A DNA stretch of 64,000 bases from Octopus vulgaris (GCA_951406725.2 OX597833.1:52266001-52330000), one strand, 5' to 3'. Positions 12,753 through 25,900 are shown, counted from the stretch's first letter. Notes: generated from the sequence alone by a model not told the origin. A program made the numbers and translations.

Positions 12753-13530
12753 ATAAGTGCTATATACCACGGTCATTAATGAGACTATTACCATAATGGG
12801 TGACTTATACGCATTCTTTTAATGGCTTGTTACTAATTCTTTGAAAATTGTATTTTACGTACCACGCAGCGTGAATAAGAAATACTGAAACGTAACGAAA
12901 TATTAGAATGCCTAGCTGTGAGAGAAATATCAGAATTTTAGCGAAGTCTGTCTATGATTTTGATGATTGAGCATTTCATTTCTTCGGGGTGATTGTAGCC
13001 CCTACCATAGTATATGTTATGTCATTTGTAAAAGCGTTGGAATATTTTAGCTCCTATTTTAAGCTATGTGGGTGTTATTCCCACCCATAGTCAAGTTTAA
13101 TTGTCGATTATAATTATCCTTCACGGTATAACGTTGCAAACAGCTGTTTTTTATTAATTTTTACACTCACACACACACACACACACATATGTATGTATAT
13201 ATGTACGTATACATGTATGTATGTAAATATACATGCATATATATATCTATACATAGGACAAATTTAAGATAAACACAAGGTTAATATTATTAGTTCCCAC
13301 GTATGTTTCACCATTATGGTTGCTCGGAAACCTGCACGGGGTGTTCCAAAATCATATGGATGCTTAACCAGAAAGGATTATCAGGAAACATACTGCATCT
13401 ATCCAACTCTTGACATTGGTTGCAGAGAGCTAATGACAAGAGTTGAGTGGCTGGCGAAGCACTTTATAAGTATTTTGAAACGGAAAATAAAGGAACTGGC
13501 TGCATGCACATATATATACACACACACACA

Positions 13531-13595
<65 letters not shown>

Positions 13596-13942
13596 ATGTA
13601 TGTATATGCAAGGGCATTACTTTACATAATGTCTTACGCTAGGAGGGACTCTTAAAGTCAAAAACTACCACAATAAGCACACTGTACCGAACGCGAGAGA
13701 ATGCAACTCTCGAAGCGAGCCTTTTAAGAACAGATTCAGCTGCATATCATATGATTTCATTATTAGTGCACATAATGCACTTTTTAATCTTCAGTGTAAG
13801 CATAATGGAGACATATAAAAATGAACAAAACATCAACATACCAGACGAACAACAAATGTATCCAGCATGGTACATAGAATTGTAAGAGGCAGGCTTTTCG
13901 AATTGCATCTCGGTACACGTGTTTATTCAGTGTAAATTATAC

Positions 13943-13986
<44 letters not shown>

Positions 13987-14067
13987 GTGTGTGTGTGCGT
14001 GTGTGTGTGTGTGTGTAGAGGGAGAGAGAGAAAGAGAGAGACAGAGAAGGAGAGAGGGAGAAAGAGA

Positions 14068-14432
14068 GTGAAGGCGCATGACTCAGTGGTTAGAGCGTCG
14101 AGCTTACGATCGTGTGTTTGTGAGTTCAGTTCCCAGACACGCGTTCTGTCCTTGAGCAAGACACTTTATTCCATGTTGCTCCAGTTCACTCAGCTGTAGA
14201 AAAGAGTTGCAACGTCACTGGTGCCAAGCTGTATCAGCCTTTGCCTTTCCCTTTGATAACATCGGTGGCATGGAGAGGGGAGGACTGGTATGCATGGGCG
14301 ACTGTTGGTCTTCCCTAAAAACAACCCCATGTTGCGTGTTCACCGGTGAGGCGACTTTCCGCCCAGACTTGTACACCGGAGGGGACCTCGTTGATGCACC
14401 CATGGTCATTCGTGACCGACGGAGTCGAGTTT
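14068..14432 (+). mobile_element. SINE type E
   Basis: A-box TGACTCAGTGG, CORE-like TGTCCTTGAGCAAGACACTTTATT, tail ...CGTGACCGACGGAGT. Confidence 0.85.
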
Positions 14433-14453
14433 ATACATACATACATACATACA

Positions 14454-14523
<70 letters not shown>

Positions 14524-14572
14524 GGAGTAAACACATGGATGTGAAACAAGGTAGAAAAAAGAGCACTTAACA

Positions 14573-14574
<2 letters not shown>

Positions 14575-14668
<94 letters not shown>

Positions 14669-14726
14669 CAACAACAACAACAAGAGCAAGAACAACAACA
14701 GCAACAACAGCAATAATAATAATATA
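14575..14726. repeat. (CTA)n(TAA)n(CAA)n compound microsatellite
   Basis: Read directly. Confidence 0.95.
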
Positions 14727-16160
14727 ATGCATTAATAACTATGCTGGTAATGATAATGGAAAAAATTCCGGAAAATTCTCCTGGATGTAAACAAAAAAAT
14801 CTCTTTTTCTGTTTTGGTATAAACATAATTAATATTTTTTCTTATCTGTTTAGTCTACACTACTATGTTATATACTTCATTGATTGACTGACAGTGGACA
14901 CTGTGTGTATGTATGTGTGTGTGTGTGTTTGTGTGTGTGTATGTGTGTGTGTATGTGTGTGTGCATGTGTGTGTGCGTGTGTGTGTGTGTGTGTGTATGT
15001 GTGTGAAAGATTTGTAAGAAGATTTCTCACTGACACTCTTAATGGAAATATCCCCAGAAGTTCTGACTGACTCACTATATGGTTTGACGGCGTTGTCATA
15101 ATGCTTTCATTGTCATTTTGCGTTTTGACGGTCTTTCTGTCACTGGTGTTCCAATGTCACTTTATGAAAGCGTGGTCAAAAATTTATGATTGTCACATCG
15201 TTATCTGATAGTATTCTCATGGTGTATTTGGTTGACAGTGTTTCATGTGTGTGTGTACATGCTTGTGTGTATGGGTGTGCTTGTGTTTCCAACACTATAT
15301 GGAAACAAATTAAAAAGTTTTAACTGACATTATAGTTTGACAGTGTCAGCATAGTTACTTGATTGACACTGCTGTGTGTGCGTGTGTGTGGATGTGCATG
15401 GCGTGTTGTATAACAGACGTCTCCCTAAAACTGTCTTTAGAAATATAATATAAAATTCTGACTGACACTGTAGTTGTCAAACTACAGTTGTTGTAGTTTG
15501 GCTACTACAATTGTCGTCAATTATTTAATTGACATTAACAGTTTGACTGTCATCTCATTGACACCGTCTGGAATTATTGTCTGTATGGACGCATCACCAG
15601 AAAGTCATCGTTGACAGGGTAGTATGACCGTGTTGTCATAATGGTTTCGTTGACATTGATATGTCAAAGTGTTGTGTTACAAACTTCTGACTGATATCGT
15701 AGTGAAGGATTGTCTTGATGAAATCATCATTCCAAAGATTGATATTGCAGTATGTGAGTATCGTAAAAATAAATGACTGAGCTGGAATAAAGAAGAGAGA
15801 GTGGGAGAGAGAGAAAGAAAGAGGAGAGTGAGAGAGAGAGAAAGAGAGATTGAAATGCCATTGACAACAGGTCATCTAAAGCAGATTTGACCTTGGACAA
15901 ATCAGCAACGAATAGAAAAAATACTCGTATTTAGATAAAATTGTATTGAGAAAACTTCGGATATGGCATTAAAAATTCATCATGAAGTAAAGTCGGAAGA
16001 TGTATTTCCTTTCATTTTAGAGTTTCATTTTATTCAGTTAAAATTGGTCAAGTCAGTCATATCGAACTGTGATACCTTCGTACAGATGCACAGGCACGGC
16101 CGAATGGGTAAGAGGTTCGATTTTCAATAATGGAGTAAAAAGGAAAAAACAAAACGTAAG

Positions 16161-16399
16161 GTTTCTTTCCCGAGCCAAACCGATTCATAAGAGCCAGTTT
16201 CTATGGCGTATAAACTCCCCACATGGACGGGGCGCCGGTCCGTCGCAGGATCATTCAGCTTTGCCTGGTGAGTGGACTGGGGCAACTTGAAATGAAGTGT
16301 TTTACTCAAGAACACAACGCATCATCCAGTCCCGGAATCGAAACCACAATCTCACGATCATCAGTACAACACCCTAACCACTAAGCCACGAGCCTCCAC
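16161..16399 (-). mobile_element. SINE type D (CORE-like segment plus V-like tail)
   Basis: Minus strand TGGCTTAGTGGTTAGG...GGTTTCGATTCC...CTGCGACGGACCGGCGCCCCGTCCA. Homologous to 63282-63553. Confidence 0.85.
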
Positions 16400-16567
16400 T
16401 GCAATTATAGAGGTTCCGGCTTCAAACTCACAGCGTGGCACCTTCGGCAAAATGAAAGACAATGTACACAGTCGCTCGATTTGCTAGAATGAGCACTTAA
16501 ATTTTCCTGCCTAGGAAAAATGCAGATTGAATAAGGTAGTCCTAGATACACAACGCCTAAATATAAT

Positions 16568-17235
16568 ATCCACCCATCACACTATACTGATAATTACCCA
16601 TCAACTTATTCTGCTATTTATCCTTCATATTCTGTTGTTTCCCCGTCACGATATTTTGTTGTTCGTCCATCACAACATTCTCCTATTCACCCATTGCATT
16701 ATTTTGCTGTACTCCCGTCACATTATTCTGCTAATCGTCAATCACATCATTCTGTTATTCACCCACACAATTAATCTGCTATTGATGCATTACATCATCC
16801 TCCCATTCACCTACCACATTATTCTGCTATTCATTCATCATCTTATTCTTCTATTTTCTTTGCATATTATTCCTCTACTCACCAATCACATTATTCTACT
16901 ATTCATCCCTAGCATTATTCTGCTATTCTCCCTTCACACTATTCTGTTATTCACCTATCACATTATCCTTCTATTCACCCATCATATTATTCGTCCATCG
17001 CATTATTCCACAGATTTTTCATCACATTATTCTTTTTATTCACCCACAACACTAATCTCCTATTCATCCATCACATAATTCTCCCATTCACTCATCACAT
17101 TATTCTGCTATTTTCCTTTCATATTATTCTGCAATTCGCACACCACATTATTATGCTATTCACCCACCATCTTATACAGCTATTCATCCATCTCATCATT
17201 CTACTATTCTTCCGTCACATTATTCAACTATTCCA
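16568..17235. repeat. Diverged 24-bp minisatellite, about 27 units
   Basis: Unit approximately ATTCTGCTATTCACCCATCACATT. It produces the 8-aa periodic ORF 16527-17078. Confidence 0.9.
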
Positions 17236-17568
17236 CTCAACGCATGACCTTGACATCTAAAGACTTTCTGCGAAGTTAATGAAACAATTCTTTTGACAGT
17301 AATAGCAAGCGTGTATCTTACATAATTATTTCAAGACGTTTCAATCCTTTTGTGAATTTTAAACGAAAGAGTGTTTATAGAATAAATTGCTTTGTTTCTA
17401 AACTTTTCTAGATATATTTTTATTCAGCCCCGGCAGCTGTGATGAAGTTTGGTTGTCAATTCTTTAATTAGGAATTAGTAAAAGATGATGGGAAGCTGGG
17501 TGTGAATTACTTTTGTCAGCTGTTTATATTTCTTTCCTCTTTTAGATTTCCATTAGGTTCCAGGTAGT

Positions 17569-17571
17569 GTA

Positions 17572-17660
<89 letters not shown>

Positions 17661-17681
17661 ATATATATATATGTATGTATG

Positions 17682-17714
<33 letters not shown>

Positions 17715-18060
17715 GTATATGTATATATATATGCATATATGTTTATATGTATATATATATATGTATATATGTATATATATATACATACATATACGTATTA
17801 CGTAAATATATGTGTATATATGTAATATATGTATATATATAAACAGGAGATAGATATATAGATATACATATATAGAAAGATAGATAGATACAGATACTAA
17901 TTGATAAACATACATACATATACATGCACACACAGATACACACACATGTATATACATATATTCGCTCATGCATACATATATACGTACATACATACATACA
18001 TACATACATACATACATACATACATACATACATACATACATACATACATACATACATACG
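17569..18060. repeat. (TA)n/(TATG)n/(CATA)n complex microsatellite
   Basis: Read directly. Confidence 0.9.
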
Positions 18061-18489
18061 AGCATAATTTATGTTTGTAGTGTGTAGTATATAGATTATT
18101 AGAATCATGTGCCTATCACGGAAAGCTCCTCTGGCAGATCCTACCAGCAGACCACTTAGTGCTGCAACACAGAGGAGCATAATGAGTTCTATATCCAGCT
18201 GAAATCCGATTGACGAAATTATTTCGTGAGGTGTATATAGATCACAAAAAGTTTTATTCTTATACTTGTTTCAGTCACTTGACTGCGGCGTTGAAGGAGT
18301 ACCGCCTTAGTGAGATTTAGTCGAGCAAATCGACCTAAGGACTTATTGTTTGTAAGCCTACTACATATCCTATCAGTGCCTGTTGCTGTCCCGTTAAGTC
18401 GCAGGACATAAACACAACAGCATCGGTTGTCAAGGGATGGTGGGGTGGACAAACACAGACACACACAGACACAGACACAGACACAAACA

Positions 18490-18536
<47 letters not shown>

Positions 18537-18617
18537 ATGTATATATATATATACATACGTATATATATGCATATATATATGTATGTATATATATATATAC
18601 ATACGTATATATATGCA

Positions 18618-18653
<36 letters not shown>

Positions 18654-18795
18654 TGTATATATGTATGTATGTATGGATGGATGGATGGATGGATGTATGG
18701 ATGGATGCATGTATGCGTATATATATATATATATAATAGAAATATTAAAATTACTAAGTCTCTCTAAAAGAGAACAACGGCAGCGTTCCCGGAAA

Positions 18796-19125
18796 ATATT
18801 AGTTATCGCCATACTAATATGGCATTCTTATAAAAATAAGAATAAAGCTGTCCGCTTATTAGCTCCATGAGGCCATCGCCTTAAGTTAGCTATTTGATAC
18901 ACAAACTGTATCCATATAACCTTTGAACAAGGGAGGTCAGTCGCTCCACACTACTTGGCCGGCAGCTACAGACGCGTTTCGGGGTATTGCCCCTTTTCAA
19001 TGCAGCGTAGCCAGACCAGTAGGTGTCGCTTCTGACAATCTCTGTTCAAAGGTTTTATTTACCTAGCTAATAATCGGACAGCTTTATTCTTATTTTATAA
19101 GAATGCCATATTAGTATGGCGATAA

Positions 19126-19132
<7 letters not shown>
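18796..19132 (-). mobile_element. Foldback element, probably Penelope-like-derived
   Basis: Inverted arms 18796-18864 / 19065-19132 (1 mismatch, 1 indel). Inner arms AACCTTTGAACA 18918-18929 / 19043-19054. Hammerhead motif at the centre. Confidence 0.75.
18965..19006 (-). ncRNA. Minimal type I hammerhead ribozyme motif (U3:A8 variant)
   Basis: Minus strand GCUGCA-UUGAAAA-GGGG-CAAUA-CCCC-GAAA-CGCG-UC-UGUAGC: 6-bp stem I, 4-bp stem II, palindromic stem III ACGCGU and a GUC triplet. Confidence 0.75.
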
Positions 19133-19188
<56 letters not shown>

Positions 19189-19671
19189 GACGGGTTTGTT
19201 TCAGTTTCCGTATACGAAATTCGCTCACAAGTTTTTGGCCGTCCCGAGGCTATACTAGAAGACACTCGTCCAAGGTCCGACACAGTGGAACTGAACCCGA
19301 AACTATGTGGTTAGCAAGCAAGCTACTTATGCATACGTCGACATAAATGCTCCACTCTTTTCAGTTAAAGAGCTCCAACCTTTCATTGCAACATTTCGCC
19401 AATCGTATATGCTGAATCGAGCCCTGCTTCAGCACCACTCGATATTGTGACATTGCCAGCCTATGAACCTATCACGATATCAGGATTTGAAGAGGGCAAT
19501 GCGTGCACTGATATAGCTGTCACCGTTTCTTTTATTAGTCATCTGTAACCCCCACGACCGCCCGTCTTAGTTCCAGCGAATATCGTTTTTGTTTTCAATC
19601 TGTTTAGAACACATTAAAAAAAACGTACGCAAATTGTCAGGCAAAAAAACCGTTACTGGAGTACTACTTCT

Positions 19672-20297
19672 CATACATATATACATACATATACATACAT
19701 ACATACATATACATAGATACATACATACATATACATAGATACATACATACACACATACATACATATACATCACACACACACATATATATATATACGCATG
19801 TGTATAAATACATAGAAACATGCATATGTATACATGCATACATATATGCATATATACAGCATTTATACATAGGGAAATATGCATAACCATACATGCCTCA
19901 CATGCATTCAAACACACACACAGACATATATATATATATATATAGTCATTCATATATATATTCATATATATGTATATAAGTGTATGTATGTATGTATGTA
20001 TATACATACATATATATACATGTATGTATGTATACGTACATACAGATATCTCTCTCTCTCTATCTCTATATATATATATATATGTACATATATATGAATG
20101 TATATATATATATATATGCATATATATATACATACATATATATATACATATACATATATATATATATACACACATATATATATATACATATAAATATACA
20201 TATATATACACATATATATATACATATACATACATACATGCATACATATATACATATATATATATACACATATATATATACACATATATATATATAT

Positions 20298-20390
<93 letters not shown>

Positions 20391-20463
20391 CATATATATA
20401 TACATACATATATATATATATACATATATATATACATACATATATATATACATACATATATAT

Positions 20464-20507
<44 letters not shown>
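19672..20507. repeat. (TA)n/(CA)n complex microsatellite field
   Basis: Read directly. Confidence 0.9.
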
Positions 20508-20511
<4 letters not shown>

Positions 20512-20766
20512 TATTTATGTATTTATTTACATCTTATCTTGTTAGGAATGTTTGAAACACAAAATGGAGCCTTTTCTTAATAGCGTTTGCTCATTCCGCC
20601 ACAACCCCGTCTCATCTCCGTTTGTATTTCTTTTGTAGTTTTGGATATCTATTTCTTTTCGCTTATTTTTTTAAGGGGAAAAGTTTTGGAATTTGTATTA
20701 AGCAGAGAGAGTGTGTTATTTACCAGGAATTCGAAACGTTTAAAAGAAATAGGTATATCTTCGTGC

Positions 20767-20817
<51 letters not shown>

Positions 20818-21316
20818 TGTGTATTTATGTGTACGTACGTGTAACCTGTGGGTGATTATTGGACGAACCGAAATCCAGTGCAGTCTGAAAACTAAAGCTA
20901 AGTGTTTCGAAAGTTTTATACAGATACATGCATACTTATACATATATACATATATACTTATCCACGTACATATATACATATATAGATTCAAACATATATA
21001 TATATATATATATATATATACATTCATATGTATATATACATGTATATACATTCATATATGTATATATGTATATGCGTATATATAAGAAATTACAGGGTAA
21101 AAGTTTTTCAATTTTCTCCTGGTTTACGGTATTAATGTTATTTTGCGGTTAAAGCTTTTGGCTGTTGTTTCTAGTGGGTGAATGGCCTATTATGGCCGTT
21201 CCTTGATTGTGATATATCTTTATATATATATTTGTACGTATATATATGTATGTATGTGTATATATATATAGATTATATATATGTATATGTGTGTGTGTAT
21301 ACATACATATATATGC

Positions 21317-21361
<45 letters not shown>

Positions 21362-21797
21362 CATATGTGTGTGTGTGTGTATATATGTACATATGTATAT
21401 AGGTATATACATGTAGATATGTATATATATATATATATATTCCTGTGTATATCATACGCAATGTATATACACCGTTAATAGGTCGGCAGCTTCTACCGTA
21501 TTCGACGTCCCGAGATAACATACTGGAACGAAAATTCGTCGCCTCTCATATCGGAAACGTTGAATGACGCATTCATTTATTTTCCGAATCGTCGTCCGAT
21601 TCTAGTGGTCATTATAGGTTTGTTATTAACAGATTTACACAATCGGCCCATTGATCGGTTGAGAAGAACTGGATGACCTAGAGAATTAATGCTACACTCG
21701 TCAGTCTCATTTTTGGCTGTAACAGAGCAGAACAATATGAAATGGTGATGAACTATAACCTCGGACCCTGTGACATATATACATATACATATATATA

Positions 21798-21992
21798 TAT
21801 GGTGAGGTCCTGAAAAGTTCCACGCTTTAAGGACCAACTTTCCGAGTTCTTTTATTGGGCTAAGAAAAACTGAAGGACGGCCGCAACAAGTGTGTGAATC
21901 TCAGAGAGGAATATGTTGGATAAAATCATAATTGAGTGATCCTCCTGTATTTTCTTTTACCCAAGGCCTGAAAGTTTTCAGCACCACTTCAT
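21798..21992 (+). mobile_element. Mariner-derived non-autonomous remnant
   Basis: Imperfect TIRs (GTCCTGAAAAGTTCC / GAAAGTTTTCAGCAC) with TA ends. Internal KLKDGRNKCVNLRGEYVG* resembles the mariner transposase C-terminus (RW.KCV...GEYVE). Confidence 0.75.
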
Positions 21993-22008
21993 ACATGCAC
22001 GTGTGTAT

Positions 22009-22046
<38 letters not shown>

Positions 22047-22113
22047 TCAACTGAGGTTGTCCAGATTCATTATTACTACTGTTATTCGCGTATGTTCATA
22101 TCTCTCTGTTTTT

Positions 22114-22144
<31 letters not shown>

Positions 22145-22652
22145 CTCTCTCACTGTCTATCTCTATCTCTCACTCTTCTTCGTCTCTCACGAGCTCTTCA
22201 TTTTATAGTTTTTATTATAAATCCCTTCTCCCTCATCCAATCCTACTATACCCGCACCCCATTCTCTCTTACCCCCTCGTAATAACCTTCATTTTCATTA
22301 CCCTAGCCATCGCACATTTCCACATTTCCACATTTCCACATCTCCACATCTTCACACATATGTCGGGGCAGCGGGCAAGAAGACAGTCAGTTTTTCCCAT
22401 CACACTACAGTTCAATCAACATGATTTTTGTCTGTCCAATTATTATGTACCAGATCAATTTACCAGACGGCAACGCTGAATTAAAAACAAAAACAAAGTA
22501 AACAGATCCCAGATACAACAGTGTGTGTGGCCCTTTAATTGGTCCAGGGATGGTGGGATGGTTCCTTACACTAAACCACCTGTACTTAGCAAAGTTTTTA
22601 TATACAAAGCTTCATATATTTTCGCTATGCTGTGGTGTACCAACGTCTCTCC

Positions 22653-22710
<58 letters not shown>

Positions 22711-22945
22711 ATCCATCCATCCATCCATCCATCCATCTATCTATCTATCTACCTATCTATTATTTTCTTTCTTTCTCTCCGTGTCTCTCTCTTTGTATAT
22801 GTATGTATGTATGCACATATATGTAACCGTATGCATGTATTTATGTGTGTGCATATGTATATAGATCTATATCTATCTATCTATCTCTTCCCCTCTCTCT
22901 CTCTCTGTCTCTCTCTCTCTCTCTCTCCCTGTCTCTCTCTCCCTG

Positions 22946-22996
<51 letters not shown>

Positions 22997-23537
22997 ATAA
23001 ATATACGTATGTATGAATATATACATGTATGTATATAGAGGTCATAACCTACTGATGTACCGTGTGAATAGCCTCCGGCAAATACATTCATATGTTTCCT
23101 TACATCGTATATTCGAGGCTCGCTCTTCCTATATATATATTTTCATTCGCAAAGACAGATTGTTCACACCTCCGATTAATCTAATAATTTCGCGTATAAA
23201 TGGCTCGTTTAGACTGTTTTAGGTCTACTATATGCTTGGACGATTCATATGTGTCTTATTAACCCGTAAAATACCCGCAAGGTATTTTAACTCTTATTTT
23301 ATCAGTAGAACATTCTAGATGTTCTTGTTTTTTATTTTTGTTTTTTTTTTTTGTTTTTAAATGAATTCATTAAGAAATATTTCGGATATATCTAAAAGGA
23401 GCCGTTTCATTACTTTCAATTTGTACATCCTAGGCCACTCTCTTAAGACAGATATGAGAGGTGCTTGAATTAGATCAAAATAAGCTGTCATAAGGGAAAA
23501 TAATAAAAATAAAATAAAATAATGAAAATAAAATAAA

Positions 23538-23540
<3 letters not shown>

Positions 23541-23607
<67 letters not shown>

Positions 23608-23657
23608 GTAATAATAATAATAATAATAATGATATTAATAATAATAATAATAATGAT

Positions 23658-23752
<95 letters not shown>
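23541..23752. repeat. (TAA)n microsatellite
   Basis: Read directly. Confidence 0.95.
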
Positions 23753-23754
<2 letters not shown>

Positions 23755-24198
23755 TTCTGCTCAATACCACAGATTTGCTTGTCAGTTGTTTGACCTTAAC
23801 CGGTTGAGCATGTCCCTTATTGGCTGACGATATGCGCATCTCTGATCACGAGCAGAAGTAGCGGGGAAGCATCATAGCCATGTGTTGAGAGGCATTCTTT
23901 GGGGGTTTGAATAATTCACCTCTGGAAACATGGGTGTTTCGTTCAAAATCCTTAAACAGCACTTTTACAGGGACCTTTTCAGCGGGATGAGTTACTCGAC
24001 CAGAAAAAAATTCTAATTGGACCTCACCTGCAAGGTCATGTGCTGTTTATCTTGATATGAGATCACCATGCCGCGAACATATGGTTGTGATGCATGTGTC
24101 TAGTGTTCCCTTATCAGACGGGTAGTCATCATGGGCATACTGAGCTTCGTATATTTTACCCCAGTGTCACTTTGATGGCATGCACTGCTCTCTCATTC
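23751..24198 (+). mobile_element. Truncated copy of element F
   Basis: Reverse complement of about 8098-8544. It begins inside (TAA)n at AATATTCTGC and ends CTCTCTCATTC-AATCATAATAAT. Confidence 0.85.
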
Positions 24199-24212
24199 AA
24201 TCATAATAATAA

Positions 24213-24600
24213 TCCTTTCTGCTATAGGCACCAGGACTGAAATTTCGGAGAGGGAGATAGTCGATCACATCGACCTCCAGTGTCCAACTGATACTTATTT
24301 CATCGACCTCGAAAGGATGAAAGGCAAAGTCGACCTCGTCGGAATTTGAACTCAGAACGTAGCGACGGGCGAAATACCGCTAAGCATTTCGCCCGGCGTG
24401 CTAACGATTCCGCCAGTCCGCCACCTTAGCACTCCTTTCTACTGTAGGCACAAGGCTTACAATTTTGAGGGAATCTACCCCGAAAGGATGAAAGGCAAAG
24501 TGGATCTTGGCGGAATTTGAACTCAGAACGTAGCGACGGGCGAAAGACCGCTAAGCATTTCGTCCAGCGTGCTAACGATTCTGCCAGCTCACCGCCTTAG
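24213..24600 (-). mobile_element. Two adjacent SINE A copies
   Basis: Two GAAAGGATGAAAGGCAAAGT...GCTAACGATTC units. Confidence 0.88.
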
Positions 24601-24708
24601 TTCTCCGCCTTAATAATAATGTCAAGTGAAGACGTATGTGTGAAGGTTTTGGTTGGGCAAAAACACATATTGTTTTTGTTTTTGCTGAATAAAATTTGTT
24701 GAAAAAAA

Positions 24709-24737
24709 AGCCGCAAAAATTATGCACCAACCTAATA
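24709..24737. mobile_element. Solo mariner-type TIR
   Basis: CCGCAAAAATTATGCACCAACCTAATA is close to the reverse complement of the TATTAGGTTGGTGCA..TTGCGG mariner terminus. No partner found. Confidence 0.6.
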
Positions 24738-24814
24738 CATATATAAAAGAGAAATAAAAGATAAAAGGTCAATAACATCAACAACAAAACTAGCAATTAC
24801 ACAACAAAAATGAC

Positions 24815-24972
24815 AGCCATGCGTGGAAGTGTGGTAAGAGGTTTGTTTCCGAAACACATGGTTTCGGGTTCAATCCCACTGCGTGGCACCTTCAGTAAGT
24901 GCCTTCTACTAGAGCCTCGAGTCAACCAAAGCCTTATGAGTGGATTTCGTAGACAGAAACCGAAAGAAACCT

Positions 24973-25009
<37 letters not shown>

Positions 25010-25690
25010 TAGAGAAAAACCACCTTTTATCAATTTAACAATAAAATAAAAAAATATGTAATTAAATTATACCATATCGAAAAAAATAAAACATTAATTA
25101 TTGGTATACGATAAAACATGTACCAATAATTAAGTAAAGTACAAAATAATAAATAAAAAGTATAGAATTGGGAAAAGGACGACACGTGTTTCGTAGCTAT
25201 ATTTTCAAACTGATAACAGTAAAATAAATTCAATTTAAGTGTAGTCATTCTTCAGGTCCAAGATAAAAACAATAAAATAAAAAAATTAATATACGTATAT
25301 AATCTTGCAAGAAAAAATAAATATATATGAAAATAAGTAATTTAACAATAAAAATCGAACAAAATACAATAATATAAAATACAAACACGAAATATCTTAA
25401 CAATATGTGTATGCATGTATCTATATATGTATGTATCTATGTATGTATGTGTATATACATGTATGTGTGTATGTCTTTGTGTTTGTGCTCGTCCCCCATC
25501 ACCGCTTGACAAACGGTGTTGGTGTGTTTACGTCCCCATAACTAAGCAGCTCAGTAAAATGGACCGATAAAATAAGTACTAGGCTTAAAAAATATAAGGA
25601 CTGGGGTAGGTTCATTCGATTAGAAATAAAATTCAAGATGATGCCCCAGCATGGCCGCAGTCTAATGACTGAAACAGGTAAAAGAGGAAA
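24815..25690 (+). mobile_element. SINE type B split at its internal microsatellite (5' half 24815-24977, 3' half ~25470-25690)
   Basis: Halves collinear with the full copies. An AT-rich insert at about 25006-25400 lies between them. Confidence 0.75.
25177..25259 (-). ncRNA. Hammerhead-like motif with long stem II (probably decayed)
   Basis: Minus strand GGAC-CUGAAGA-[imperfect ~56-nt hairpin]-GAAA-CACGUG-UC-GUCC. The core is intact but the first stem II pair is A-C. Confidence 0.6.
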
Positions 25691-25865
25691 GATAACAACA
25701 AAAGCAATAATGATAATTAAAACAATAACATCAACCACAACAGCAATAACATTAACAAGAACAACAACAACAGCATCAACATCAAAACTAATAACAACAA
25801 CAACAATGATAATAAACATCTAAATTAAAGACACGGAGTGTCATTTTTTTACGTTCCGTGTCGAC

Positions 25866-25900
25866 ACGTGTGTTGTGTGTGTTGTGTGTGTGTGTTTGTA

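Larger units (their letters stand above)
18250..19330 (-). mobile_element. SINE type B split at its internal microsatellite (3' half 18250-18490, 5' half 19186-19330)
   Basis: Both halves are on the minus strand in the correct order relative to the full copy at 35926-36316. They are separated by (TA)n and a foldback element. Confidence 0.75.

Noticed and set aside
13295-13715. Weak hammerhead-like fragments (GAAACAUACGU; GAGAG-loop-CUCUC-GAAG)
   Set aside because: Core nucleotides are missing, so they are not distinguishable from chance.
19365-19550. Open frames and an EWC*SRARFSIYDWRNV peptide faintly like Tc1 transposase
   Set aside because: Too short and degenerate, with no TIRs or DDE motif.
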